This document shows, piece by piece, positions 16,943 to 25,944 of a stretch of 64,000 nucleotides of DNA. The position numbers were made by a program, and so were the translations under genes. This DNA comes from an uncultured Acidobacteriota bacterium (GTDB taxonomy: Bacteria; Acidobacteriota; Vicinamibacteria; Vicinamibacterales; CAVVIG01). The stretch spans positions 607,537 to 671,536 of the forward strand of contig CAVXGU010000004.1 of NCBI GenBank assembly GCA_963761615.1, in the 5' to 3' direction. Below the pieces are notes generated by a model. The model had not been told where the DNA came from, searched no databases, and saw only the letters and a list, made by a program, of their open reading frames with translations. How positions within the stretch are numbered: position 1 is the first letter of the stretch; each line of letters opens with the position of its first letter.

Positions 16943-17938
16943 TCAGCGTCGGGCGCCTTGCGGCGTCAGTTCCCAGCCCCCTGCGAAGAGCCGCATCAGC
17001 ACCCCCAGGTCCTCCGGAATCGGCGCGGTGATTTCCAACGCGTCGCCCGTCCAGGGATGTCTGAAGGTCGTGCGCCAGGCGTGCAGCGCCTGGCGGGGAA
17101 AGGCCGAGAGCTGTGCCGCGAGGGCGGAGTCGCCGATGTCCTGCCAGCGCGGGGCGCCGTAGACGCGGTCGCCGAGGATCGGCCAGCCGCGGGCGGCGAG
17201 GTGCACGCGGATCTGGTGTGTGCGTCCGGTGAGAAGCCTGCAGCGCAGGAGCGCGAGGCCCACCGGGGCGGCGGCGATCCGCCCCCGTCGCTCGAAGAGC
17301 GTGACGCTCGGCGAGCCGGCCGTCTCCGACGCGACGCGCCGGCGCCGGTCGCGCGGATCGGGCGCGATGCCGAGCTCGATGCGCCCGCGGGCCGACTTGA
17401 CCTTCCCGTAGACGATCGCGAGGTAGTCCTTTGCGGCCTCGTCCGCCGCCAGGGCCCGCTGAAGCGCCCTGTGGGCCTCCCCGGTCTTGGCCACGATCAT
17501 GACGCCGGACGTGAACTGGTCGAGCCGGCCGACGAGCGAGGGGCGATGGCCGTCCGGCCACTCGCGCGCCAGCCCCGCCAGCGCGTTCATCATCGTGCCC
17601 TCTGCATGCCGGAAGCCTGGATGGGCGACGATCCCCGCGGGCTTGTCGACCGCCATCAGGTAGCGGTCCTCGTAGAGGATCGCAATCGGCGCGTCCTCGG
17701 CCCGGAGCGTGCGCCTCGGCGTGGGGGCGTCCGGGCGCGCGATCGAGACGACCGCGCCGCACGCGACGCGCGCAGCGGGCCGGTCGACCGGGCGCCCGTT
17801 CACCTGGACGCGGCCCGCGGCGATCCACCCCTGCACCCGCGTTCGCGACGCGCGGTCGGCGCCGCCCAGATGCCGGCGGATCACGTGGTCGAGCCGCCGC
17901 CCCGCGTCGCCGCGGTCGAGGACGAAGGTCTGGCGCAC
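16943..17938 (-). CDS. RluA/RluD family pseudouridine synthase
   Basis: S4-like N-terminus (RLDHVIRRHL), catalytic motif GRLDQFTSG, TGRTHQIRVHLA. Start uncertain: GTG 17938 gives the usual N-terminal length; the longest ORF starts at TTG 17992. Confidence 0.8.
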   Translation of the reverse strand: MRQTFVLDRGDAGRRLDHVIRRHLGGADRASRTRVQGWIAAGRVQVNGRPVDRPAARVACGAVVSIARPDAPTPRRTLRAEDAPIAILYEDRYLMAVDKPAGIVAHPGFRHAEGTMMNALAGLAREWPDGHRPSLVGRLDQFTSGVMIVAKTGEAHRALQRALAADEAAKDYLAIVYGKVKSARGRIELGIAPDPRDRRRRVASETAGSPSVTLFERRGRIAAAPVGLALLRCRLLTGRTHQIRVHLAARGWPILGDRVYGAPRWQDIGDSALAAQLSAFPRQALHAWRTTFRHPWTGDALEITAPIPEDLGVLMRLFAGGWELTPQGARR

Positions 17939-18123
17939 GACGCCAAGGTAGCAGAAGAAACGCAGGCGCTGAGGACCGGAGATTCGGAGCAACGGAGCGG
18001 CATGCCGGGGGCCGGGAGGTTGTCATCGAATGTCGCGCAAGGAGATTGCCTGGAGGCGTGCCGGCAGGTGATAATTGGGACTGCAACGACTACCGGGGGT
18101 TGCGCGACTCGCCGAGGGATGTC

Positions 18124-19482
18124 ATGAATCGTTGGAGCGTCATTGGCATTGTGGGAGTTCTGGCCGCCGGGGCGGTCACGTGGGGCGTGGCGGCGAGGTC
18201 CGCCGATGACCAGCCGACGGTGATCGTGAGGACGGGCGACGTGTCCACCGGACCCGTCACCCGGCACATCGTGGCCTCCGGCACCATCGAGGCCGAGTCG
18301 ACCGTCGACGTCGGCAGCCAGGTGTCCGGCACCGTGCAGTCGCTCGAGGCCGACTACAACTCCATCGTGCACAAGGGCCAGGTGGTCGCGCACCTCGACC
18401 CGTCCACCTACCGGGCCCAGTACGCCAAGGCGCAGGCCGCGCTCGCACAGGCCAAGGCCGACCAGGCCCGATACCAGGCCGCCCTCACCGACGCGCAGAC
18501 GAAGTACACGCGGTCGTCCGAGCTCAGTCGGAAGGGCCTGGTCACGGCGATCGACCTCGCGGACGCGAAGGCGGCAGTGGGGCAGGCCCAGGCCAGCCTC
18601 CGCTCGGCGCAGTCGCAGGTCGTCGTCGCGCAGGCGTCGCTCGACCAGGCGAAAGTGAACCTCGATTACACCGTGATCCGATCGCCGATCGACGGGATCG
18701 TCGTGGCGCGCCTCGTGGACGTGGGCCAGACGGTCGCCGCGCGCCTGAACGCGCCCGTCCTCTTCACGATCGCACAGGACTTCAAGCACCTGCAGCTCGA
18801 GCTGCAGGTCGACGAAGACGAGGTCTCCGACATCCACAAGGGGCAATCGGCGACTTTCTCCGTCGAGGCGTTTCCCGGCGAGACCTTTCAGGGGACGGTG
18901 TCGCAGGTTCGCCTTCAGCCCGACCAGGCGGCGACGACGACGGTGAGCTCCGACGGGCTGACGCGGATGCGCCAGCCGCGGGTCATCACCTACACGGCCA
19001 TCGTGCAGATCAGCAATCCTGCCGAGGAGCTGCGTCCGGGCATGACGGCGATCGCGACCGTCGCGATGCCGCAGTGCGACAGCTGCCTGCGCGTCCCGAA
19101 CGACGCGGTGGCCTTCCGTCCGTCGCAGGACGTGCTCGAGGCGCTCGGCCAGAAGCCGCTCGACCCGCCGGCCGACGATCCGGCGGATCCGGCGGCCGGC
19201 CAGATCGCCGCCGCGACACCTGCCGAGGGGGTGCCCGGCACCGTCTGGCACTACGTCGACGACCGGCTCCAGCCGACCCCCGTGCGCATCGGCGCTCAGG
19301 GCGATCAGTTCACCGAGATCCTCAACGGCAAGCTCGATGCCGGCCAGCCGGTGGTCACGAGCGCCAGGCTCCCCACCGTGCAGCTTCCCACGGCGCGATC
19401 TCCGCTCGCGCCGCAGCCGCCGCGCTTCCGCCGGGGCGGCTTCCGCGGTTTCGGGGGAGGCGGCGGGTTCCGGGGACGCTGA
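18124..19482 (+). CDS. Efflux transporter periplasmic adaptor subunit (HlyD/MacA-like membrane fusion protein)
   Basis: ATG 18124, N-terminal TM anchor, lipoyl/coiled-coil/beta-barrel pattern (..SQVSGTVQSL..LDYTVIRSPIDGIV..). Gly/Arg-rich tail RFRRGGFRGFGGGGGFRGR. Confidence 0.85.
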   Translation: MNRWSVIGIVGVLAAGAVTWGVAARSADDQPTVIVRTGDVSTGPVTRHIVASGTIEAESTVDVGSQVSGTVQSLEADYNSIVHKGQVVAHLDPSTYRAQYAKAQAALAQAKADQARYQAALTDAQTKYTRSSELSRKGLVTAIDLADAKAAVGQAQASLRSAQSQVVVAQASLDQAKVNLDYTVIRSPIDGIVVARLVDVGQTVAARLNAPVLFTIAQDFKHLQLELQVDEDEVSDIHKGQSATFSVEAFPGETFQGTVSQVRLQPDQAATTTVSSDGLTRMRQPRVITYTAIVQISNPAEELRPGMTAIATVAMPQCDSCLRVPNDAVAFRPSQDVLEALGQKPLDPPADDPADPAAGQIAAATPAEGVPGTVWHYVDDRLQPTPVRIGAQGDQFTEILNGKLDAGQPVVTSARLPTVQLPTARSPLAPQPPRFRRGGFRGFGGGGGFRGR

Positions 19483-19498
19483 GGGTGCCCGCCGAAGC

Positions 19499-21085
19499 CT
19501 ACTTCGGAATCTCCAGCCGCTGTCCCACCTGGATCACTGTCGAGACCAGACCGTTCGCCTCGACCAGCTGGCGCACCGTGGTGCCGTAGCGGCCGGCGAT
19601 CCGGCCCAGCGTCTCGCCGGCCCGGACGACGTGGACGGCCGCGCTGCGCGCGCGGGACGCCACGCGGTCGCCTCCGGTCCAGACGAGCGGCGACCATCCG
19701 GTGGCGCCGCCGTTGGGAATGTCCAGCGACTGGCCGATGTAGATCCGCGTCGACCGGCCCAGGTGGTTCGCGTTCTGCAGTGCCGACACCGAGGTCCCGA
19801 AGCGGCGGGCGATCGAGCCGAGCGTATCGCCGTGGTCGATCCGGTAGGTGACCGCGAGCTGGCGGTCGCGCTTGCGCGCCGCCGGCAGCTCGTCGAATGC
19901 GTCGCGGAAGTCGGCGAGGTGCCCCTCTGGCACGCGCAGCGGGTAGCTTGCCGGCACGAGCAGGTGCCCCTGCACGACCTCCGCGTCGAGCGCCGGGTTC
20001 AGGTCGGCGAGGCGAGCGGCCGGCGTGCCCGTGAGGTGCGCCAGGTCGAGCAGCGAGACGTACTTCCCGGGGATGAACTCGTCGAAGGCGAGCGCCGGCA
20101 GCGGGTCCACCTCGGGGAAGACCTCGTCGCGCTCGGCGTAAAGAGTCGCCACCGCCACGAACTCCGCGTAGAAGTTCCTCGACGCGAACCCGAAGCTCGG
20201 CGAGTGGTACCGCTCGACGATGACGCCGATGTCGTTGCTGCCGACCTGGCTGACCGCCCGCACCATCCCGGCGATCCCGTGATTGTAGGCCGTCAACGCC
20301 ACCGGCCAGCTGTGCACGCGGCCGTAGTGCTCGGCGAGCAGCCTGGCCGCGCCCTCGGCGGCCAGCCAGACGTCCGATCGCTCGTCCACGGCGGGGCCGA
20401 TCTGGAGGTAGAGGCGGCCCGTGGACCTCGTGAACTGCCAGACCCCGGAGGCCCCGGCCTTCGAGCGCGCCTCGTAGTTGAACATCGACTCCACGAAGGG
20501 GAGGCGGGCAATCTCGGTCGGCACGCCGTACTTGGCGAGGATTCGCTCGATGCCGGGGATGAACATGCCCGAGGTGCGCAGGGCGTCCCGGAACGTGTCG
20601 CGCAGCCCGCCCTGGGCGCGCACGCGGTCGATGGCCGCACGGAAGTCGGTCGACGGGCGCTGGGCGTCGGCGAAGAGGGCGCGCACGCGGGCCTCGTCGG
20701 CCGGGTCGGCCTGCGCGCCGCGCTGGCCGGCGAGCGCCCGCAGGATTCCCTGATACTTCTCGATCGCCCGCTGCACGCGGTCGCGCCGTGCCCGCTCCAC
20801 CGCGACGTCCGACGCACCCTGCTCGACGAGATCGCCGACGTCGACCACGTCGTAGATGACGTCGAGGTTGGTGTCGTCGTGGATCACCGTCTGGGTGGAG
20901 TCGTACTTGGAGAAGATCGCCCGCCAGAAGCGGACGTTCGGCTGGAGCACGGCGGGAACGGGGAAGACGGCGGGATCGAGCGCCGGCTCGTTTTGCTGAG
21001 CTTGGGAGGACGCGGCGGTCATGGCGACCGCGAGCATCGCGGCCAGAATCACACGGAGCCGTCGGGTGCGGGTACTGCCCGTCAA
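19499..21085 (-). CDS. mltD: Lytic transglycosylase with two C-terminal LysM domains (MltD-like)
   Basis: SLT catalytic motif ESMFNYEARSKAGASGVWQF. LysM repeats YRIDHGDTLGSIARRF.. and HVVRAGETLGRIAGRY... Signal peptide. The longest start is TTG 21085. Confidence 0.8.
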   Translation of the reverse strand: MTGSTRTRRLRVILAAMLAVAMTAASSQAQQNEPALDPAVFPVPAVLQPNVRFWRAIFSKYDSTQTVIHDDTNLDVIYDVVDVGDLVEQGASDVAVERARRDRVQRAIEKYQGILRALAGQRGAQADPADEARVRALFADAQRPSTDFRAAIDRVRAQGGLRDTFRDALRTSGMFIPGIERILAKYGVPTEIARLPFVESMFNYEARSKAGASGVWQFTRSTGRLYLQIGPAVDERSDVWLAAEGAARLLAEHYGRVHSWPVALTAYNHGIAGMVRAVSQVGSNDIGVIVERYHSPSFGFASRNFYAEFVAVATLYAERDEVFPEVDPLPALAFDEFIPGKYVSLLDLAHLTGTPAARLADLNPALDAEVVQGHLLVPASYPLRVPEGHLADFRDAFDELPAARKRDRQLAVTYRIDHGDTLGSIARRFGTSVSALQNANHLGRSTRIYIGQSLDIPNGGATGWSPLVWTGGDRVASRARSAAVHVVRAGETLGRIAGRYGTTVRQLVEANGLVSTVIQVGQRLEIPK

Positions 21086-21181
21086 TGACCTCGCGTCAGA
21101 GTACTACGCTCACGGCCAGGGTACAAGCCAGCCTGCAGGCCCGTGCTGCGCGCTGCAGGGCAGGCGCGAGTAAACGTCGCG

Positions 21182-21412
21182 TCAGTTCGCCGAACACGAG
21201 CCGGGGCCCCGCGGATCGCCGCAGACGCCGCACGGCCCGGCACTGCGTGCGGGTCGGTCGGACGGGCCGGATCCCACCGCCACCGCGAACACGGACAGCT
21301 GCTTCTCCAGGTCTTCGCCGGCACAGGCGGGGCACACGGGCCTCTGGTCGGCGCGCGTCAGGTACTCGAACCGGTGACCGCAGGCACGGCAGGCGTATTC
21401 GAAGAGCGGCAT
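21182..21412 (-). CDS. FmdB-family zinc-ribbon protein
   Basis: MPLFEYACRACGHRFE...CPACAG, the typical CxxC..CxxC zinc ribbon N-terminus. Confidence 0.8.
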   Translation of the reverse strand: MPLFEYACRACGHRFEYLTRADQRPVCPACAGEDLEKQLSVFAVAVGSGPSDRPARSAGPCGVCGDPRGPGSCSAN

Positions 21413-21416
21413 GGCG

Positions 21417-22214
21417 TCAGTTCTTGACGGCCCTTGTGAGCAGGTAGTCCTGGCGCACGAGGTTGCCGGCGAAGTAGTCGGCGATCACGGCTTCCATGGC
21501 GTGCCGGAGCTCGGCGAGCCTGCCACGGTCGGACGCCTCGAGCATCTCGACGGCCTTGCGGAAGGGCCCGACCGTGCGCTCCAGGAACTCGCGCAGGTGC
21601 GCCGGACTGAGCGCGGGCACGAGCATCCGCTCGGTGTCGAAGACGATGTCGCGGACCGCTGCGCCGAGGCGCTCGCGGATGATCGCCGGCACCCCCCACT
21701 GCGGCGGCGGCGCGATGCCAGGCGGCGGAGGCGGCATGTAGCGGCCGAGCAGCACGAACGTCCGGCCGACGAGCAGTTCGGGCGGCCAGGTGGCGAACGC
21801 GATCACCCCGTCAGGCCGGAGCACCCGGAGCATGGAGGCGATGGCCAGTTCGGGCCGTGGCGCGAACATGTGGCCGAACTGGCTCACGACCACGTCGAAC
21901 GAGTTGTCGTCGAAGGGAAGGGCTTCGGCGTCGCCCTCCCGGAACTCCACCTGGACGCTGGCGGTCCGGGCGTTGGCCTGCGCGGCCTCCAGCAGGTCGG
22001 GGGTCATGTCCACGCCCGTCACGCGGGCGCCGAGCCGCGCCGCGGTGACCGCGACGACGCCGGTGCCGCAGCCCACGTCGAGGACGCGCTGGCCGGCGGC
22101 GATCCGCGCGAAGGCGGCGAGCGTCGCGGCCGGCGCCGTCGTCAGGCTCTGGACCGGCGCGAAATGCGCCCAGCCCGCCTTCTGGCTGGTCTTGAACGCC
22201 TCGATCGGATCCAT
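21417..22214 (-). CDS. Class I SAM-dependent methyltransferase
   Basis: Motif I VLDVGCGTG; post-I and motif II spacing typical of the Methyltransf_11 type. Confidence 0.85.
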   Translation of the reverse strand: MDPIEAFKTSQKAGWAHFAPVQSLTTAPAATLAAFARIAAGQRVLDVGCGTGVVAVTAARLGARVTGVDMTPDLLEAAQANARTASVQVEFREGDAEALPFDDNSFDVVVSQFGHMFAPRPELAIASMLRVLRPDGVIAFATWPPELLVGRTFVLLGRYMPPPPPGIAPPPQWGVPAIIRERLGAAVRDIVFDTERMLVPALSPAHLREFLERTVGPFRKAVEMLEASDRGRLAELRHAMEAVIADYFAGNLVRQDYLLTRAVKN

Positions 22215-22221
22215 ACCGCTC

Positions 22222-23382
22222 CTAGGCGACGGTGAACTTGCGAACCGTCTGCGAGTTGTCCTCGAGGAAGGTCTTCTTGTTCGCGAGATCTTCGGCGGTC
22301 GGCTGCACCTGACCGTTCACGTCGGTCACGCGCGAGACGATGGTGTGTTCGCCGGCGGCCGGGCCGCTCCACGAATAGCGGAACAGCTTCCATGCGTACT
22401 TCGCGCTCGTGGCCGGGTCCAGCGTCGCCCGCTGCCACGGGCCGTCGTCCACTTTCACTTCGACGGACTTGATGGGCGTCCCGTCGTTCAGCACGACGCC
22501 GAGCGCCGTGTACTGCGGCCCCGCGTGCGTGAGCCGCGCGATGAACGACTTGAGGTGCATGCGGGTGACGGCGGTCTCGATCCAGTGCATCTCGCCGTCG
22601 ATCATCACGCCCTTGAGGGTCCGGTACCACCGCGCCTGGAAGTTGCCGAGGTACTCGTCCTCCTGGATGTAGATCTCGGAGAGCCACTTCACGTTCGAGA
22701 CGGCGTACCAGCCCGGCACGATCAGGCGCAGCGGCTGGCCCTGGGGCTTGGTGAGCGGCGCGCCGTTGAGCGCCCACACGAGCAGGGGCTCGGGCGCGAG
22801 GGCCATTTCGCGGTTGAGCGCGCGCCCGAACTGCTGCACGACCTTGTTCGTCCGTCCGCGGAACTCGACGTCCTCCTCCTTGCGGTCGGTCCCGAAGAAG
22901 ATGAACGTGCGGGCTTCGGGCTTCACGCCGGCGCGGTTGAGCACGGTCTTGAGCGGGACGCCGGTCCAGCGGCCGTTGCCCGACAGGCCCTGGATCGGTC
23001 CGCGATTGCCCGAGCACTCGAAGCCGATCATCTGCTCGGTCGATCCGATCGCCTTGAGGTCGTCGATCGTCAGCGAGAGCGGCCGGTCGACCAGCCCCGA
23101 GATCCTGAGGCGGTACGCCGCCAGGTCGACGTCGGGATGGCCGTAGTGCTGGGTGGTGAAGAACTGATCGGCGGGCGTGATCGGCCCGTCGATCGTGCGC
23201 GTGTCGAGCGTCCGCCGCTCGCCCGATCCGGTGTTGAAGGTGGCGGGCACGTCGGAGAACGGCACGGCCTCCTCGCCCTGCGCCAGGGCGGGCAGCACCC
23301 AGTCGGGTACCCCGAGCAGCCCCAGGCCCACGGCGCCCAGCCCGGTCTTCAGCACGTCACGCCGAGTCGTCTCGATCGCCAT
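22222..23382 (-). CDS. Periplasmic molybdopterin oxidoreductase of the sulfite oxidase/SorA family
   Basis: ATG 23382 after GGAGGA. Tat signal TTRRDVLKTGLG. Moco-Cys context GFECSGN. Moco domain plus C-terminal dimerisation-domain length (386 aa). Confidence 0.8.
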   Translation of the reverse strand: MAIETTRRDVLKTGLGAVGLGLLGVPDWVLPALAQGEEAVPFSDVPATFNTGSGERRTLDTRTIDGPITPADQFFTTQHYGHPDVDLAAYRLRISGLVDRPLSLTIDDLKAIGSTEQMIGFECSGNRGPIQGLSGNGRWTGVPLKTVLNRAGVKPEARTFIFFGTDRKEEDVEFRGRTNKVVQQFGRALNREMALAPEPLLVWALNGAPLTKPQGQPLRLIVPGWYAVSNVKWLSEIYIQEDEYLGNFQARWYRTLKGVMIDGEMHWIETAVTRMHLKSFIARLTHAGPQYTALGVVLNDGTPIKSVEVKVDDGPWQRATLDPATSAKYAWKLFRYSWSGPAAGEHTIVSRVTDVNGQVQPTAEDLANKKTFLEDNSQTVRKFTVA

Positions 23383-23425
23383 GAGTCCTCCGGGGGCACG
23401 CGGCACCAGGCGCCGGCACCCGTCT

Positions 23426-23971
23426 CTACTTCTTGTTCTTCGCCGCGTAGTCGAGCGCGAATGTCTTGAGCCGCGAGCTCGTCAGGCCGAGGGACGCGGC
23501 TTCGGCGCTCGCGCGATCCACGTCCCAGCCGTCCACGTCGATCCGCTTGATCAGCCACATCGCCGCCGCGCGGTTGCCGCTGGCGCAGTGGATGTACGCC
23601 GGCTGGTTCTCCGGCGCGGTCACGGCCGCGAGGAACTTCTGGATCATCGCGGGATCCGGATTGGCGCCGTTGATCGGGACGTTCACGAAGTGGATGCCGG
23701 CGGCCTTGGCGGCCGCCGCCTCCTCGTCGATATTGGCGTCCCGCTCGGTCGGTTCCCGCAGATCGATGTCGGCCACGAACCCGAGTTTCTTGATCTCGGC
23801 GACGCCCTGCGGCGTGGTCGCGCCGCCGCAGGCGATGGTCGTCTGCAGGCGGGCGAAGTTACGGATGCCCGGGACGTCCATCTTCTCGACCTGCTGGGCC
23901 CGCGCGGCGGCGGGGGCGAGCAGCACGGCGACGGCCGCGGCCAGAACGAATACCTTGCGCATGGTTGTCAT
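23426..23971 (-). CDS. Periplasmic DUF442/TIGR01244-like protein with a PTP-type CX5R loop (putative sulfurtransferase/phosphatase fold)
   Basis: Signal peptide MTTMRKVFVLAAAVAVLLAPAAARAQQ. Active-site-like HCASGNRA. Start ATG 23971 or 23962. Confidence 0.7.
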   Translation of the reverse strand: MTTMRKVFVLAAAVAVLLAPAAARAQQVEKMDVPGIRNFARLQTTIACGGATTPQGVAEIKKLGFVADIDLREPTERDANIDEEAAAAKAAGIHFVNVPINGANPDPAMIQKFLAAVTAPENQPAYIHCASGNRAAAMWLIKRIDVDGWDVDRASAEAASLGLTSSRLKTFALDYAAKNKK

Positions 23972-23973
23972 CT

Positions 23974-24175
23974 CTCTTTCACTGGCGGTGGGGCCCCACC
24001 CCCACCGCGAACTGACGCCGATGCTCGCGCCCGGATCTCCATGTCCTGGGGCTCGCATGGCCGCAGGCGCTTGCTCTTTCACTGGCGGTGGGGCCCCACC
24101 CCCCACCGCGAACTGACGCCGATGCTCGCCCTTGGATTCCCATGTCCCCGAGGCGCGCATGGCCGCAGGCTCATG
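23974..24175 (-). repeat. Tandem duplication of a ~100-bp non-coding unit filling the whole spacer between two genes
   Basis: Unit A is 23974-24073 (100 nt) and unit B is 24074-24175 (102 nt). The first ~62 nt of the two units are identical apart from a 1-nt indel; the rest is diverged. Each unit carries the palindrome GGTGGGGCCCCACC (23987-24000, 24087-24100). Confidence 0.85.
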
Positions 24176-24881
24176 CCACGAACGAAAACGAATACCCATG
24201 CTCCTGCGCCCGGTTCACGGCAACGATGCCGGCCGGGACCATGTGGGCGTTGGCGCTCACGAGATTCGAGGTGAGCTCCTTGTAGACGTCGTCGGCCGAC
24301 TGGCCGGTGGCGCGGGCGATGCCGCCCGAGATGCCGCGCGTCGCCATCATGCAGACCGCGAGCCGCAGACCATGGTCCAGCATCCGCTGCAGCGTCATGC
24401 CGCGGCTGGCGAGCTGGGAGCCGTAGCCCGACGCCATGTACAGGTTGACGGTCGCGGGCTGGTTCGTCTTCGGATCGTTCTTCACCGCCTGGGATGACAG
24501 CTGCGCCGAGTACTTCGCCCACATCGCGTCGTTGAACGCGAAGGGCGTCGACTCGTGACGGGCGCAGATGATGAGGGCGATCTCGCTGTCCTTCAACCCG
24601 TAGGCACTGGCGTTGACGCCGTACACGTTGTTGCCGAAGAACAGCGCGCGGCCGAATCCATCCGCCGTCGGTGCATCCATGAAGAAGCGGTGCACGCCCG
24701 GAACCTCGTCGAGCCAGGCGTCCTCGGGATGGCGCGCCGGCTGGAAGCCCGACGCGGCCTGCGGCGTCTGCGCCGCCACGGCGGCGGTGCGGCCGCCCAG
24801 GACGGCGCCGAGCCCGGCCACGGCGGCTCCGCTCCGCGAAAGGAACCGTCGTCTCCCCAGGGTGTCGCGTGTCTCAGCCAT
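24171..24881 (-). CDS. Tat-signal periplasmic protein of unknown function (possibly DsrE/DsrF-like fold)
   Basis: ATG 24881 after GAGGAG. Twin-arginine signal LGRRRFLSRSGAAVAG. 236 aa. Conserved-looking ..LAVCMMATRG. The fold assignment is a guess. Confidence 0.7.
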   Translation of the reverse strand: MAETRDTLGRRRFLSRSGAAVAGLGAVLGGRTAAVAAQTPQAASGFQPARHPEDAWLDEVPGVHRFFMDAPTADGFGRALFFGNNVYGVNASAYGLKDSEIALIICARHESTPFAFNDAMWAKYSAQLSSQAVKNDPKTNQPATVNLYMASGYGSQLASRGMTLQRMLDHGLRLAVCMMATRGISGGIARATGQSADDVYKELTSNLVSANAHMVPAGIVAVNRAQEHGYSFSFVA

Positions 24882-24956
24882 GGAACTCCTCACCTTTGCG
24901 GGCTCGCCTCCGGCCCGGAACACCGTTACACTAACGCCAGCAGCTCGATTCCGTCC

Positions 24957-25883
24957 ATGACAGTTTATCTGAGGAGCCTCTTCCTCGTGCTCGTCGTCGG
25001 CCTGGCGGCGGGATGTTCGGCGCCGCGCCCGACGACGCCCGGCGTCCCCTGGTACCCGCTGGATGGACCGCTCGTCCCCGCGAACATGACCATGGTCGCG
25101 GCGTGGGACTACCCGAAGAACCCGCTGACCGACCCGTCCCTCGGCAAGTCGCCGGTCGCGAACGCCGTCCGCCAGGGGTTCCGGATCTTCACCGACACGC
25201 CGAAAGAGGCGGCCCGCCTGACCGGCGGCCAGATGTCCTGCAGCAACTGCCACCTGAACGGCGGCCAGCGGGAAAAGGCGCTGCCGCTCGTCGCCATCGC
25301 CCAGGTGTTCCCCGAGTACAACAAGCGCGCCGGCCGTCTCTTCTCGCTGCCCGATCGCATCGTCGACTGCTTCATCCGGAGCGAGAACGGGGCCGGGAGC
25401 GACGGGGCGGTGGAGGCGCAGCCCACCGACCCGGAAGTGCTGGCGGTGTCGGCGTACCTGGTCTGGCTGGCGCGCGGCGTCGAGGTGGGCACCCAGCCGC
25501 CCTGGCGCGGCCAGAACGCGATCGCCGCGAAGGATCTGATTCCGGTGAACAAGCTCGACCCGAAGCGCGGGGAGACGCTCTTCGCCGACAAGTGCGTCTC
25601 CTGCCACGGCAAGGACGGCCAGGGCGTGAGCGTGGGCGACAAGAAACCGGGTCCGCTGTGGGGCCCGGGATCCTGGAACGACGGCGCGGGGGCGGCGCGC
25701 GTCTACACCCTCGCGGGCATCATCCGGTACATGATGCCGTATCTGGCCCCGGGCAGCCTGACCGACGAACAGGCGCAGCAGATCGCCGCCTTCATCAACT
25801 CGCAGCCGCGGCCCGCTTATCCGTTCAAGGACAAGGACTACCTCACCGAGAAGCTGCCCGCCGACGCGGTGTACTACCACTGA
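24957..25883 (+). CDS. tsdA: Diheme c-type cytochrome lipoprotein, thiosulfate dehydrogenase (TsdA) family
   Basis: Lipobox LAAGC. Two CxxCH motifs (CSNCH, CVSCH). DRIVDCFIRSENG matches the TsdA/SoxA Cys-ligand region. PLWGPGSWNDGAGAARVYTLAGIIRYMMP and GSLTDEQAQQIAAFI match the TsdA C-terminal heme domain as I recall it. Confidence 0.7.
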   Translation: MTVYLRSLFLVLVVGLAAGCSAPRPTTPGVPWYPLDGPLVPANMTMVAAWDYPKNPLTDPSLGKSPVANAVRQGFRIFTDTPKEAARLTGGQMSCSNCHLNGGQREKALPLVAIAQVFPEYNKRAGRLFSLPDRIVDCFIRSENGAGSDGAVEAQPTDPEVLAVSAYLVWLARGVEVGTQPPWRGQNAIAAKDLIPVNKLDPKRGETLFADKCVSCHGKDGQGVSVGDKKPGPLWGPGSWNDGAGAARVYTLAGIIRYMMPYLAPGSLTDEQAQQIAAFINSQPRPAYPFKDKDYLTEKLPADAVYYH

Positions 25884-25944
25884 AGATCCAGGCGCCCGGC
25901 TGCAGGCCCGCGCCCGGCAACGTGCCGGGGGCGCGCCCCGCGCC

